This document shows, piece after piece, positions 12,265 through 25,515 of a DNA stretch of 64,000 nt. The translations under genes and the position numbers were made by a program. Position 1 is the first letter of the stretch. Each line of letters opens with the position of its first letter. The DNA comes from Malacoraja senta (lineage: Eukaryota): the NCBI GenBank assembly GCA_038087875.1, contig JAXLNO010000094.1, positions 1 through 64,000 on the forward strand, given 5' to 3'. The notes beneath the pieces were generated by a model. That model was given only the letters and a program-made list of their open reading frames with translations. It made no database searches and was not told the origin of the DNA.

Positions 12265-15200
12265 AAAAATGCACTGCAAATGGGTAGTTTGGGGTTTTTG
12301 GGTTGAAGTGAAAAGGCACTGCAAATGGTTGTTTGGGGGGATTTGGTTTGAAGTAAAAATGCACTACAAATGGTTGTTTGGGTTGAAGTAAAAATGCACT
12401 GCAAATGATTCTTTGCGGGGGGGTTGGGTTGAAGTAAAAATGCACTGCAAATGGTTCTTTGGGCGGTTATTGGGTTGAATTAAAATGCAATGCAAATGGT
12501 TTTTAGGGGTTTATTGTGTTGAAGTAAAAATGCTCTGCAAAGGGTAATTTGGGGGGTTTTGGGTTGAAGTGAAAAGGCACTTGAAAGTGTTTTTTGGGGA
12601 CGGTTTGGATTGACGTGAAAAGGCACTGCAAAAGGGTTGTTTGGGTGCGGTTTGGGTTGAAGTAAAAATGCACTGCAAACGGTTGTTTCGGTTGAAGTAA
12701 AAATGCACTGCAAAACGTTGATTGGGTTGAAGTAAAAATGCACTGCAAATGGGTGTTTGGGGGGTTTTGGGTTGAGGTAAAAATGCACTGCAAATGGTTG
12801 TTTGTGGGGGTTTTGAGTTGAAGTAAAAATGCACTGCAAATGGTTGTTTGTTTGTTTTTTGGGTTGAAGTAAAATGCACTCCAAATGGTTGTTTGGGGGG
12901 TTTTGGGTTGAAGTAAAAATTCACTGCAAATGGTTGTTTGGGGGGGGGGTTGGTTTGAAGTAAAAATGCACTGCAAATGGTTGTTTGGGGGGTTATTGAG
13001 TTGAATTAAAATGCACTGCAAATGGTTGTTAGGGGGGGTTTGGGTTGAAGTAAAAATGCACTGCAAAGGGTAGTTATGGGGGGGTTGGGTTGAAGTGAAA
13101 ATGCACTGCAAATGGTACTTGGGGGGGTTGGGTTGGAGTAAAAATGCGCTGCAAAGGATAATTTGGGGGGTTTAGGGTTGAAGTGAAAAGGCACTTGAAA
13201 GTGTTATTTGGGGACGGTTTGGGTTGACGTGAAAAGGCACTGCAAAGGGTTGTTTGGGTGGGGTTTGGGTTGAAGTAAAAATGCACTGCAAATGGTTGTT
13301 TCGGTTGAAGTAAAAATGCACTGCAAAACGTTGATTGGGTTGAAGTAAAAATGCACTGCAAATGGGTGTTTGGGGTTTTTTGGGTTGAGGTAAAAATGCA
13401 CTGCAAATGGTTGTTTGTGGGGGTTTTGAGTTGAAGTAAAAATGCACTGCAAATGGTTGTTTGTTTGTTTTTTGGGTTGAAGTAAAAATGCACTCCAAAT
13501 GGTTGTTTGGGGGGTTTTGGGTTGAAGTAAAAATTCACTGCAAATGGTTGTTTGGGGGGGTTTGAGTTGAAGTAAAAATACACTGCAAATGGTTGTTTGG
13601 GGGGTTTTGGGTTGAAGTAAAAATGCACTGCAAATGGATGTTAGGGGGGGTTTGGGTTAAAGTCAAAATGCACTGTAAAGGGTAGTTATGGGGGTGGTTG
13701 GGTTGAAGTGAAAATGCACTGCAAATGGTACTTGGGGGGGTTGGGTTGGAGTAAAAATGCGCTGCAAAGGGTTGATTGGGGGGGTGGGGTTGACGTGAAA
13801 AGGCACTGCAAAGGGTAGTTATGGGGGGGGGGTTTGGGTTGAAGTGAAAATGCACTGCAAATGGTACTTGGCGGGGGGGGGGGGGGTTGGGTTGAAGTAA
13901 AAATGCACTGCAAATGGTTGTTTGGGTTGAAGTAAAAATTCACTGCAAATGGTTGTTTGGTTTGTAGTAAAAATGCACTGCAAATGGTTGTTTGGGTTGC
14001 AGTAAAAATGCACTGCAAATGGTTGTTTGGGTTGAAGTAGAAATGCACTGCAAATGGTTGTTTCGGTTGAAGTAGATATGCACTGCAAATGGTTGTTTGG
14101 GTTGAAGTAAAAATGCACTGCAAATGGTTGTTTGGGTTGAAATAAAAATGCACTGCAAGGTTGTTTGGGTTAAAGTAAAAATGCACTGCAAATGGTTGTT
14201 TGGGTGGCAGTAAAAATGCACTGCAAATGGTTGTTTGGGTTGCAGTAAAAATGCACTGTAAATGGTTGTTTGGGTTGAAGTAAAACTGCACTGCAAATGG
14301 TTGTTTCGGTTGAAGTAAAAATGCACTGCAAATGGGCGTTTGGAGGGTTTTGGGTTGAGGTAAAAATGCACTGCAAATAGTTGTTTGTGGGGGCTTTGAG
14401 TTGAAGTAAAAATGCACTGCAAGTGGTTGTTTGTTTGTTTTTTGGGTTGAAGTAAAAATGCACTGCAAATGGTTGTTTGGGGGGTTTTGGGTTGAAGTAA
14501 AAGTCACTGCAAATGGTTGTTTGGGGGGGTTTGATTTGAAGTAAAAATGCACTGCAAATGGTTGTTTGGGGGGTTATTGGGTTGAATTAAAATGCACTAC
14601 AAATGGTTGTTTGGGTTGAAGTAAAAATGCACTGCAAATGGTTGTTTGGGTTGAAGTAAAAATGCACTGCAAATGGTTGCTTGGGTTGAAGTAAAAATGC
14701 ACTGCAAATGGTTGTTTCGGTTGAAGTAAAAATGCACTGCAAATGGTTGTTTGGGGGTGTTTCGGTTGAAGTAAAATGCACTGGAAATGGTTGTTTGGGG
14801 GAGTTGATTTGAAGTAAAAATGCACTGCAAATGGTTGTTTGGGGGGTTATTGGGTTGAATTAAAAAGCACTGCATATGGGTGTTAAGGGCGGTTTGGGTT
14901 GAAGTAAAAATGCTCTGCAAATGGTTGTTTGGGTTGAAGTAAAAATGCACTGCAAATGGTTATTTGGGGGTGTTTTTGGTTGAAGTAAAAATGCACTTAA
15001 AATGGTTGTTTATGGGGGGGTTTGTGTTGAAATAAATGTGCTCTGCAAATGGTTGTTTGTGGGGGTTTTGGGTTGAAGTCAAAATGCAATGCAAGTGGTT
15101 GTTTGGGGCGGTTTTGGGTTGAAGTATAAATGCACTACAAATGGTTGTTTGGGGGGGGGTTTGTGTTGAAATAAAATGCACTTCAAATGGTTGTTTGGGG

Positions 15201-15365
15201 GGGTTATTGGGTTGAAGTAAAAATGCACTGCAAAGGGTAGTTTGAGTTTTTTGTGTTGAAGTGAAAAGGCACTGCAAATGGTTGATTGGGGGGGGGGTTT
15301 GGTTTGAAGTAAAAATGCACTACAAATAGTTGTTTGGGTTGAAGTGAAAATGCACTGCAAATGAT
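12265..15365. repeat. Second copy of satellite block ~60-3160 (offset ~12,202-12,204 bp)
   Basis: ORF pairs 276/12480, 969/13172 and 2372/14574. The private variants TTGGATTGACGTG, TTATTGAGTTGAATT, ATGGATGTTA and GTAGATATGC occur in the same order. Confidence 0.88.
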
Positions 15366-18300
15366 TCTTTGGGCGGTTATTGTGTTGAAGTAAAAATGCT
15401 CTGCAAAGGGTAATTTGGGGGGTTTTGGGTTGAAGTGAAAAGGCACTTGAAAGTGTTATTTGGGGACGGTTTGGGTTGACGTGAAAAGGCACTGCAAAAG
15501 GTTGTTTGGGTGGGGTTTGGGTTGAAGTAAAAATGCACTGCAAACGGTTGTTTCGGTTGAAGTAGAAATGCACTGCAAAACGTTGATTGGGTTGAAGTAA
15601 AAATGCACTGCAAATGGGTGTTTGGGGTTTTTAGGGTTGAGGTAAAAATGCACTGCAAATGGTTGTTTGTGTGGGTTTTGAGTTGAAGTAAAAAAATGCA
15701 CTGCAAATGGTTGTATGTTTGTTTTTTTGGTTGAAGTAAAAATGCACTCCAAATGGTTGTTTGGGGGGTTTTGGGTTGAAGTAAAAATTCACTGCAAATG
15801 GTTGTTTGGGGGGGGGTTTGATTCGAAGTAAAAATGCACTGCAAATGGTTGTATGGGGGGTTATTGGGTTGAATTAAAATGCACTGCAAAGGGTAGTTAT
15901 GGGGGGGTTTGGGATGAAGTGAAAATGCACTGCAAATGGTACTTGGGGGGGTTGGGTTGGAGTAAAAATGCACTGCAAAGGGTTGATTGGGGGGGGTTGG
16001 GGTTGACGTGAAAAGGCACTGCAAAGGGTAATTATGGGGGGGTTTGGGTTGAAGTGAAAATGCACTGCAAATGGTACTTGGCGGGGGGGATTGGGTTGAA
16101 GTAAAAATGCACTGCAAATGGTTGTTTGGGATGAAGTAAAAATGCACTGCAAATGGTTGTTTGGGTTGAAATAAAAACGCACTGCAAGGTTGTTTGGGTT
16201 GAAGTAAAAATGCACTGCAAATGGTTGTTTGGTTTGTAGTAAAAATGCACTGCAAATGGTTGTTTGGGTTGCAGTAAAAATGCACTGCAAATGGTTGTTT
16301 GGGTTGAAGTAAAAATGCACTGCAAATGGTTGTTTCGGTTGAAGTAGAAATGCACTGCAAATGGTTGTTTGGGTTGAAGTAAAAATGCACTGCAAATGGT
16401 TGTTTGGGTTGAAGTAAAAATGCACTGCAAATGGTTGTTTCAGTTGAAGTAAAAATGCACTGCAAATGGTTGTTTGGGTTGAAGTAATATTGCACTGCAA
16501 ATAGTTGTTTGGGTTGAAATAAAAATGCACTGCAAGTTTGTTTGGGTTGAAGTAAAAATGCACTGCCAATGGTTGTTTGGGTGGCAGTAAAAATGCACTG
16601 CAAATGGTTGTTTGGGTTGAAGTAAAAATGCACTGCAAATGGTTGTTTCGGTTGAAGTAAAAATGCACTGCAAATGCTTGTTTGGGTTGAAGTAAAAATG
16701 CACTGCAAATGGTTGTTTGGGTTGCAGTAAAAATGCACTGTAAATGGTTGTTTGGGTTGAAGTAAAACTGCACTGCAAATGGTTGTTTCGGTTGAAGTAA
16801 AAATGCACTGCAAATGGGTGTTTGGAGGGTTTTGGGTTGAGGTCAAAATGCACTGCAAATGGTTGTTTGTGGGGGTTTTGAGTAGAAGTAAAAATGCACT
16901 CCAAATGGTTGTTTGTTTGTTTTTTGGGTTGAAGTAAAAATGCACTGCAAATGGTTGTTTGGGGGGGGGTTTGGGTTGAAGTAAAAAATCACTGCAAATG
17001 GTTGTTTGGGGGGTTTGATTTGAAGTAAAAATGCACTGCAAATGGTTGTTTGGGGGGTTATTGGGTTGAATTAAAATGCACTGCAAATGGTTGTTAGGGG
17101 GGTTTGGGTTGAAGTAAAAATGCACTGCAAAGGGTTGTTTGGGGGGTTTTGGGTTGAAGTAAAAGTCACTGCAAATGGTTGTTTGGGGGGTTTCATTTGA
17201 AGTAAAAATGCACTGCAAATGGTTGTTTGGGGGGTTATTGGGTTGAATTAAAATGCACTGCAAATGGTTGTTTGGGTTGAAGTAAAAATGCACTGCAAAT
17301 GGTTGTTTGGGTTGAAGTAAAAATGCACTGCAAATGGTTGCTTGGGTTGAAGTAAAAATGCACTGCAAATGGTTGTTTCGGTTGAAGTAAAAATGCACTG
17401 CAAATGGTTGTTTGGGGGTGTTTCGGTTGAAGTAAAATGCACTGGAAGTGGTTGTTTGGGGGAGTTGATTTGAAGTAAAAATGCACTGCAAATGGTTGTT
17501 TGGGGGGTTATTGGGTTGAATTAAAAAGCACTGCATATGGGTGTTAGGGGCGGTTTGGGTTGAAGTAAAAATGCACTGCAAATGGTTGTTTGGTTTGAAG
17601 TAAAAATGCACTGCAAATGGTTATTTGGGGGTGGTTTTGGTTGAAGTAAAAATGCACTTAAAATGGTTGTTTATGGGGGGGTTTGTGTTGAAATAAATGT
17701 GCACTGCAAATGGTTGTTTGTGGGGGTTTTGGGTTGAAGTCAAAATGCAATGCAAGTGGTTGTTTGGGGCGGTTTTGGGTTGAAGTATAAATGCACTACA
17801 AATGGTTGTTTGGGGGGGTTTTGTGTTGAAGTAAAATGCACTTCAAATGGTTGTTTGGGGGGGTTATTGGGTTGAAGTAAAAATGCACTGCAAAGGGTAG
17901 TTTGAGTTTTTTGTGTTGAAGTGAAAAGGCACTGCAAATGGTTGATTGGGGGGGGGGGTTGGTTTGAAGTAAAAATGCACTACAAATAGTTGTTTGGGTT
18001 GAAGTAAAAATGCACTGCAAATGATTCTTTGCGGGGGGTTGGGTTGAAGTAAAAATGCACTGCAAATGGTTCTTTGGGCGGTTATTGTGTTGAAGTAAAA
18101 ATGCTCTGCAAAGGGTAATTTGGGGGGTTTTGGGTTGAAGTGAAAAGGCAATTGAAAGTGTTATTTGGGGACGGTTTGGGTTGACGTGAAAAGGCACTGC
18201 AAAGGGTTGTATGGGTGGGGTTTGGGTTGAAGTAAAAATGCACTGCAAACGGTTGTTTCGGTTGAAGTAGAAATGCACTGCAAAACGTTGATTGGCTTGA

Positions 18301-21300
18301 AGTAAAAATGCACTGCAAATGGGTGTTTGGGGTTTTTGGGTTGAGGTAAAAATGCACTGCAAATGGTTGTTTGTGTGGGTTTTGAGTTGAAGTAAAAAAT
18401 GCACTGCAAATGGTTGTATGTTTGTTTTTTTGGTTGAAGTAAAAATGCACTCCAAATGGTTGTTTGGGGGGTTTTGGGTTGAAGTAAAAATTCACTGCAA
18501 ATGGTTGTTTGGGGGGGGGGATTTGATTCGAAGTAAAAATGCACTGCAAATGGTTGTTTGGGGGGTTATAGGGTTGAATAAAAATGCACTGCAAAGGGTA
18601 GTTATGGGGGGGTTTGGGATGAAGTGAAAATGCACTGCAAATGGTACTTGGGGGGGTTGGGTTGGAGTAAAAAAGCACTGCAAAGGGTTGATTGGGGGGG
18701 GGTTGGGGTTGACGTGAAAAGGCACTGCAAAGGGTAATTATGGGGGGGTTTGGGTTGAAGTGAAAATGCACTGCAAATGATACTTGGCGGGGGGGATTGG
18801 GTTGAAGTAAAAATGCACTGCAAATGGTTGTTTGGGTTGAAGTAAAAATGCACTGCAAATGGTTGTTTGGGTTGAAGTTAAAATGCACTGCAAATGGTTG
18901 TTTGGGTTGAAGTAAAAATGCACTGCAAATGGTTGTTTCGGTTGAAGTAAAAATGCACTGCAAATGGTTGTTTGGGCTGAAGTAAAAATGCACTGCAAAT
19001 GGTTGTTTGGGTTGAAATAAAAACGCACTGCAAGGTTGTTTGGGTTGAAGTAAAAATGCACTGCAAATGGTTGTTTGGTTTGTAGTAAAAATGCCCTGCA
19101 AATGGTTGTTTGGGTTGCAGTAAAAATGCACTGCAAATGGTTGTTTGGGTTGAAGTAAAAATGCACTGCAAATGGTTGTTTCGGTTGAAGTAGAAATGCA
19201 CTGCAAATGGTTGTTTGGGTTGAAGTAAAAATGCACTGCAAATGGTTGTTTGGGTTGAAGTAAAAATGCACTGCAAATGGTTGTTTCAGTTGAAGTAAAA
19301 ATGCACTGCAAATGGTTGTTTGGGTTGAAGTAATATTGCACTGCAAATAGTTGTTTGGGTTGAAATAAAAATGCACTGCAAGTTTGTTTGGGTTGAAGTA
19401 AAAATGCACTGCCAATGGTTGTTTGGGTGGCAGTAAAAATGCACTGCAAATGGTTGTTTGGGTTGAAGTAAAAATGCACTGCAAATGGTTGTTTCGGTTG
19501 AAGTAAAAATGCACTGCAAATGGTTGTTTGGGTTGAAGTAAAAATGCACTGCAAATGGTTGTTTGGGTTGCAGTAAAAATGCACTGTAAATGGTTGTTTG
19601 GGTTGAAGTAAAACTGCACTGCAAATGGTTGTTTCGGTTGAAGTAAAAATGCACTGCAAATGGGTGTTTGGAGGGTTTTGGGTTGAGGTCAAAATGCACT
19701 GCAAATGGTTGTTTGTGGGGGTTTTGAGTAGAAGTAAAAATGCACTGCAAATGGTTGTTTGTTTGTTTTTTGGGTTGAAGTAAAAATGCACTGCAAATGG
19801 TTGTTTGGGGGGGGGGTTTGGGTTGAAGTAAAAATTCACTGCAAATGGTTGTTTGGGGGGTTTGATTTGAATTAAAAATGCACTGCAAATGGTTGTTTGG
19901 GGGGTTATTGGGTTGAATTAAAATGCACTGCAAATGGTTGTTAGGGGGGTTTGGGTTGAAGTAAAAATGCACTGCAAAGGGTAGTTATGGGGGGGTTTGG
20001 GTTGAAGTGAAAATGCACTGCAAATGGTACTTGGGGGGGTTGGGTTGGAGTAAAAATGCACTGCAATGGGTTGATTGCGGGGGGTTAGGGTTGACGTGAA
20101 AAGGCACTGCAAAGGGTTGATTGGCGGGGGGGTTGGGTTGAAGTAAAAATGCACTGCAAATGGTTGTTTGGGATGAAGTAAAAATGCACTGCAAATGGTT
20201 GGTTGGGTTGAAGTAAAAATGCACTGCAAATGGTTGTTTGGGTTGAAGTAAAAATGCACTGCAAATGGTTGTTTCGGTTGAAGTAAAAATGCACTGCAAA
20301 TGGTTGTTTGGGTTGAAGTAAAAATGCACTGCAAATGGTTGTTTGGGTTGAAATAAAAATGCACTGCAAGGTTGTTTGGGTTGAAGTAAAAATGCACTGC
20401 AAATGGTTGTTTGGGTTGCAGTAAAAAAAGCACTGTAAATGGTTGTTTGGGTTGAAGTGAAACTGAACTGCAAATGGCTGTTTCGGTTGAAGTAAAATGC
20501 ACTGCAAATGGTTGTTTGCGTTGAATTAAAAATGTACTGCAAATGGTTGATTGGGTTGAAGTAAAAATGCACTGTAAATGATTGTTTGGGTTGAAGTAAA
20601 AATGCACTGCAAATGGTTGTTTGAGGGGGGGTTGGGTTGACGTGAAAAGGCACTGCAAAGGGTTGTTTGGGTTGAAGTAAAAATGCACTGCGAATGGTTG
20701 TTTGGGGGGGTTTAGGTTTGAAGTAAAAATGCACTGCAAATAGTTGTTTGGGGGTTTTTGTGTTGAAGTAAAAATGAACTGCAAATGGTTGTTTGAGGGT
20801 TATTTGGTTGAAGTAAAAATGCACTGCAAAGGGTAGTTTGGGGGTTTGGGGTTGAAGTGAAAAGGCACTGCAAAGGGATGTTTGGGGGGTTGGGTTGAAG
20901 TAAAAATGCACTGCAAATGGTTGTTTGGGTTGAAGTAAAAATGCACTGCAAATGGTTGTTTGGGTTGAAGTCAAATGGCATTGTAAAGGGTTGTTTGCAG
21001 GGTGTTTGGGTTGAAGTAAAAATGCACTGCAAATGGTTGTTAGGGGCGGTTTGGGTTGAAGTAAAAATGCACTGCAAATAGTTGTTTGGGTGTTTTTTGG
21101 GTTGAAGTAAAAATGCACTGCAAATGGTTGTTTGGGGGGGTTTAGGGTTGAAGTACAAATGCACTGCAAATGGTTGTTTGGGGGTTATTGGGTTGAATTA
21201 ATATGCACTGCAAATGGTAGATAGGGGTTATTTGGTTGAAGTAAAAATGCACTGCAAAGGGTAGTTTGGAGGGTTTTGGGTTGAAGTGAAAAGGCACTTG

Positions 21301-23464
21301 AAAGCGTTATTTGGGGGGGGTGGGTTTAAGTGAAAATGCACTGCAAATGGTTGTTTGGGGTGTGTTTGTGTTGAAGTAAATATGCACTGCAAACGGTTAC
21401 TTGGGGGTGTTTTGGGTTGAAGTAAAAATGCACTTAAAATGGTTGTTTATGGGGGGGGTTGTGTTGAAATAAAAATGCACTGTAAATGGTCGTTTGGGGG
21501 GTTTTGGGTTGAAGTCAAAATGCACTGCAAATGGTTGTTTGGGGTGGTTTTGGGTTGAAGTAAAAATGCACTGCAAATGGTTGTTTGGGGGGGGTTTGGG
21601 TTGAAGTTAAATGCACTGCAAATGGTTGTTTGGGGTGGTTTTGGGTTGAAGTAAAAATGCTCTGCAAATGGTTGTATGGGGGGGGGTTTGGGTTGAAGTT
21701 AAATGAACTGCAAATGATTGTTTGGGGGGTTTATTGGGTTGAAGTAAAAATGTACTGCAAAGGGTAGTTTGGGGGGTTTTGGGTTGAAGTGAAAAGGCAC
21801 TGCAAATGGTTGTTTGGGGGGGTTTTGGTTTGAAGTAAAAATGCACTACAAATGGTTGTTTGGGTTGAAGTAAAAATGCACTTCAAATGGTTCTTTGGGC
21901 GGTTATGGGGTTGAATTAAAATGCATTGCAAATGATTTTTAGGGTGTTATTGGGTTGAAGTAAAAATGCTCTGCAAAGGGTAGTTTGGTGTTTTTTTGGG
22001 TTGAAGTGAAAAGACACTTGAAATGGTTATTTGGGGACGGTTTGGGTTGACGTGAAAAGGCACTGCAAAGTGTTGTTTGGGGGGTGTTTGGGTTGAAGTA
22101 AAAATGCACTGCAAACGGTTGTTTCGGTTCAAGTAAAAATGCACTGCAAAATTTTGATTTGGTTGAAGTAAAAATGCACTGCAAATGGGTGTTTGGGGGG
22201 TTGTGGGTTGAAGTAAAAATGCACTGTAAATGGTCGTTTGGGGGGTTTTGGGTTGAAGTCAAAATGCACTGCAAATGGTTGTTTGGGGTGGTTTTGGGTT
22301 GAAGTAAAAATGCACTGCAAATGGTTGTTTGGGGGGGTTTGGGTTGAAGTTAAATGCACTGCAAATGATTGTTTGGGGGGTTATTGGGTTGAAGTAAAAA
22401 TGCACTGCAAAGGGTAGTTTGGGGGGTTTTGGGTTGAAGTGAAAAGGCACTGCAAATGGTTGTTTGGGAGGGTTTTGGGTTGAAGTAAAAATGCACTTCA
22501 AATGGTTCTTTGGGCGGTTATTGGGTTGAATTAAAATGCATTGCAAATGATTTTTAGGGGGTTATTGGGTTGAAGTAAAAATGCTCTGCAAAGGGTAGTT
22601 TGGTGTTTTTTTGGGTTGAAGTGAAAAGGCACTTGAAATGGTTATTTGGGGACGGTTTGGGTTGACGTGAAAAGGCACTGCAAAGTGTTGTTTGGGGGGT
22701 GTTTGGGTTGAAGTAAAAATGCACTGCAAACGGTTGTTTCGGTTGAAATAAAAATGCACTGCAAAATTTTGATTTGGTTGAAGTAAAAATGCACTGCAAA
22801 TGGGTGTTTGGGGGGTTGTGGGTTGAAGTCAAAATGCACTGTAAATGGTCGTTTGGGGGGTTTTGGGTTGAAGTCAAAATGCACTGCAAATGGTTGTTTG
22901 GGGTAGTTTTGGGTTGAAGTAAAAATGCACTGCAAATGGTTGTTTGGGGGGGGGTTTGGGTTGAAGTTAAATGCACTGCAAATGGTTGTTTGGGGTGGTT
23001 TTGGGTTGAAGTAAAAATGCACTGCAAATGGTTGTTTGGGGGGGGGTTTGGGTTGAAGTTAAATGCACTGCAAATGATTGTTTGGGGGGTTATTGGGTTG
23101 AAGTAAAAATGCACTGCAAAGGGTAGTTTGGGGGGTTTTGGGTTGAAGTGAAAAGGCACTGCAAATGGTTGTTTGGGGCGTTTTGGTTTGAAGTAAAAAT
23201 GCACTACAAATGGTTGTTTGGGTTGAAGTAAAAATGCACTTCAAATGGTTCTTTGGGCGGTTATTGGGTTGAATTAAAATGCATTGCAAATGATTTTTAG
23301 GGGGTTATTGGGTTGAAGTAAAAATGCTCTGCAAAGGGTAGTTTGGTGTTTTTTGGGGTTGAAGTGAAAAGGCACTTGAAATGGTTATTTGGGGACGGTT
23401 TGGGTTGACGTGAAAAGGCACTGCAAAGTGTTGTTTGGGGGGTGTTTGGGTTGAAGTAAAAATG

Positions 23465-25515
23465 CACTGCAAATGGTTGTTTCAGTTGAAGTAAAAATGC
23501 ACTGCAAATGGTTGTTTGGGTTGAAGTAATATTGCACTGCAAATAGTTGTTTGGGTTGAAATAAAAATGCACTGCAAGTTTGTTTGGGTTGAAGTAAAAA
23601 TGCACTGCCAATGGTTGTTTGGGTGGCAGTAAAATTGCACTGCAAATGGTTGTTTGGGTTGAAGTAAAAATGCACTGCAAATGGTTGTTTCGGTTGAAGT
23701 AAAAATGCACTGCAAATGGTTGTTTGGGTTGAAGTGAAAATGCACTGCAAATGGTTGTTTGGGTTGCAGTAAAAATGCACTGTAAATGGTTGTTTGGGTT
23801 GAAGTAAAACTGCACTGCAAATGGTTGTTTCGGTTGAAGTAAAAATGCACTGCAAATGGGTGTTTGGAGGGTTTTGGGTTGAGGTCAAAATGCACTGCAA
23901 ATGGTTGTTTGTGGGGGTTTTGAGTAGAAGTAAAAATGCACTGCAAATGGTTGTTTGTTTGTTTTTTGGGTTGAAGTAAAAATGCACTGCAAATGGTTGT
24001 TTGGGGAGTTATTGGGTTGAATTAAAATGCACTGCAAATGGTTGTTAGGGGGGTTTGGGTTGAAGTAAAAATGCACTGCAAATGGTAGTTATGGGGGGGT
24101 TTGGGTTGAAGTGAAAATGCACTGCAAATGGTACTTGGGGGGGTTGGGTTGGAGTAAAAATGCACTGCAATGGGTTGATTGCGGGGGGGTTGGGGTTGAC
24201 GTGAAAAGGCACTGCAGAGGGTTGATTGGCGGGGGGGTTGGGTTGAAGTAAAAATGCACTGCAAATGGTTGTTTGGGTTGAAGTAAAAATGCACTGCAAA
24301 TGGTTGGTTGGGTTGAAGTAAAAATGCACTGCAAATGGTTGTTTCGGTTGAAGTAAAAATGCACTGCAAATGGTTGTTTGGGTTGAAGTAAAAATGCACT
24401 GCAAATGGTTGTTTGGGTTGAAATAAAAATGCACTGCAAGGTTGTTTGGGTTGAAGTAAAAATGCACTGCAAATGGTTGTTTGGGTTGCAGTAAAAAAGC
24501 ACTGTAAATGGTTGTTTGGGTTGAAGTAAAACTGCACTGCAAATGGCTGTTTCGGTTGAAGTAAAATGCACTGCAAATGGTTGTTTGGGTTGAATTAAAA
24601 ATGTACTGCAAATGGTTGATTGGGTTGAAGTAAAAATGCACTGTAAATGATTGTTTGGGTTGAAGTAAAAATGCACTGCAAATGGTTGTTTGAGGGGGGG
24701 TTGGGTTGAAGTGAAAAGGCACTGCAAAGGGTTGTTTGGGTTGAAGTAAAAATGCACTGCGAATGGTTGTTTGGGGGGGTTTAGGTTTGAAGTAAAAATG
24801 CACTGCAAATGGTTGTTTGGGGTTTTTTGTGTTGAAGTAAAAATGAACTGCAAATGGTTGTTTGAGGGTTATTTGGTTGAAGTAAAAATGCACTGCAAAG
24901 GGTAGTTTGGGGGTTTGGGGTTGAAGTGAAAAGGCACTGCAAAGGGATGTTTGGGGGGGTTGGGTTGAAGTAAAAATGCACTGCAAATGGTTTTTTGGGT
25001 TGAAGTAAAAATGCACTGCAAATGGTTGTTTGGGTTGAAGTCAAATGGCATTGTAAAGGGTTGTTTGCAGGGTGTTTGGGTTGAAGTAAAAATGCACTGC
25101 AAATGGTTGTTAGGGGCGGTTTGGGTTGAAGTAAAAATGCACTGCAAATAGTTGTTTGGGTGTTTTTTGGGTTGAAGTAAAAATGCACTGCAAATGGTTG
25201 TTTGGGGGGGGTTTAGGGTTGAAGTACAAATGCACTGCAAATGGTTGTTTGGGGGGTTATTGGGTTGAATTAATATGCACTGCAAATGGTAGATAGGGGT
25301 TATTTGGTTGAAGTAAAAATGCACTGCAAAGGGTAGTTTGGAGGGTTTTGGGTTGAAGTGAAAAGGCACTTGAAAGCGTTATTTGGGGGGGGGTGGGTTT
25401 GTGAAAATGCACTGCAAATGGTTGTTTGGGGTGTGTTTGTGTTGAAGTAAATATGCACTGCAAACGGTTACTTGGGGGTGTTTTGGGTTGAAGTAAAAAT
25501 GCACTTAAAATGGTT
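23465..25515. repeat. Second copy of satellite block ~19270-21445 (offset ~4.07-4.2 kb, with internal deletions)
   Basis: Shared private variants: GTACAAATGC (~21153/~25224), GGTAGATAGGGG (~21216/~25288), CACTTGAAAGCGTTATT (~21295/~25367). Confidence 0.85.

Larger units (their letters stand above)
1..25515. repeat. Heterogeneous satellite domain: runs of pure 35-mers alternating with cassettes of variant long monomers
   Basis: Pure 35-mer runs at ~1690-2130, ~3930-4970, ~8640-9680, ~16090-16815 and ~18800-19660. No single short period, but diagnostic cassettes (GCTCTGCAAAGGGTAATTT, GACGTGAAAAGGCAC, CAAAACGTTGATTGGG) recur. Confidence 0.9.
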
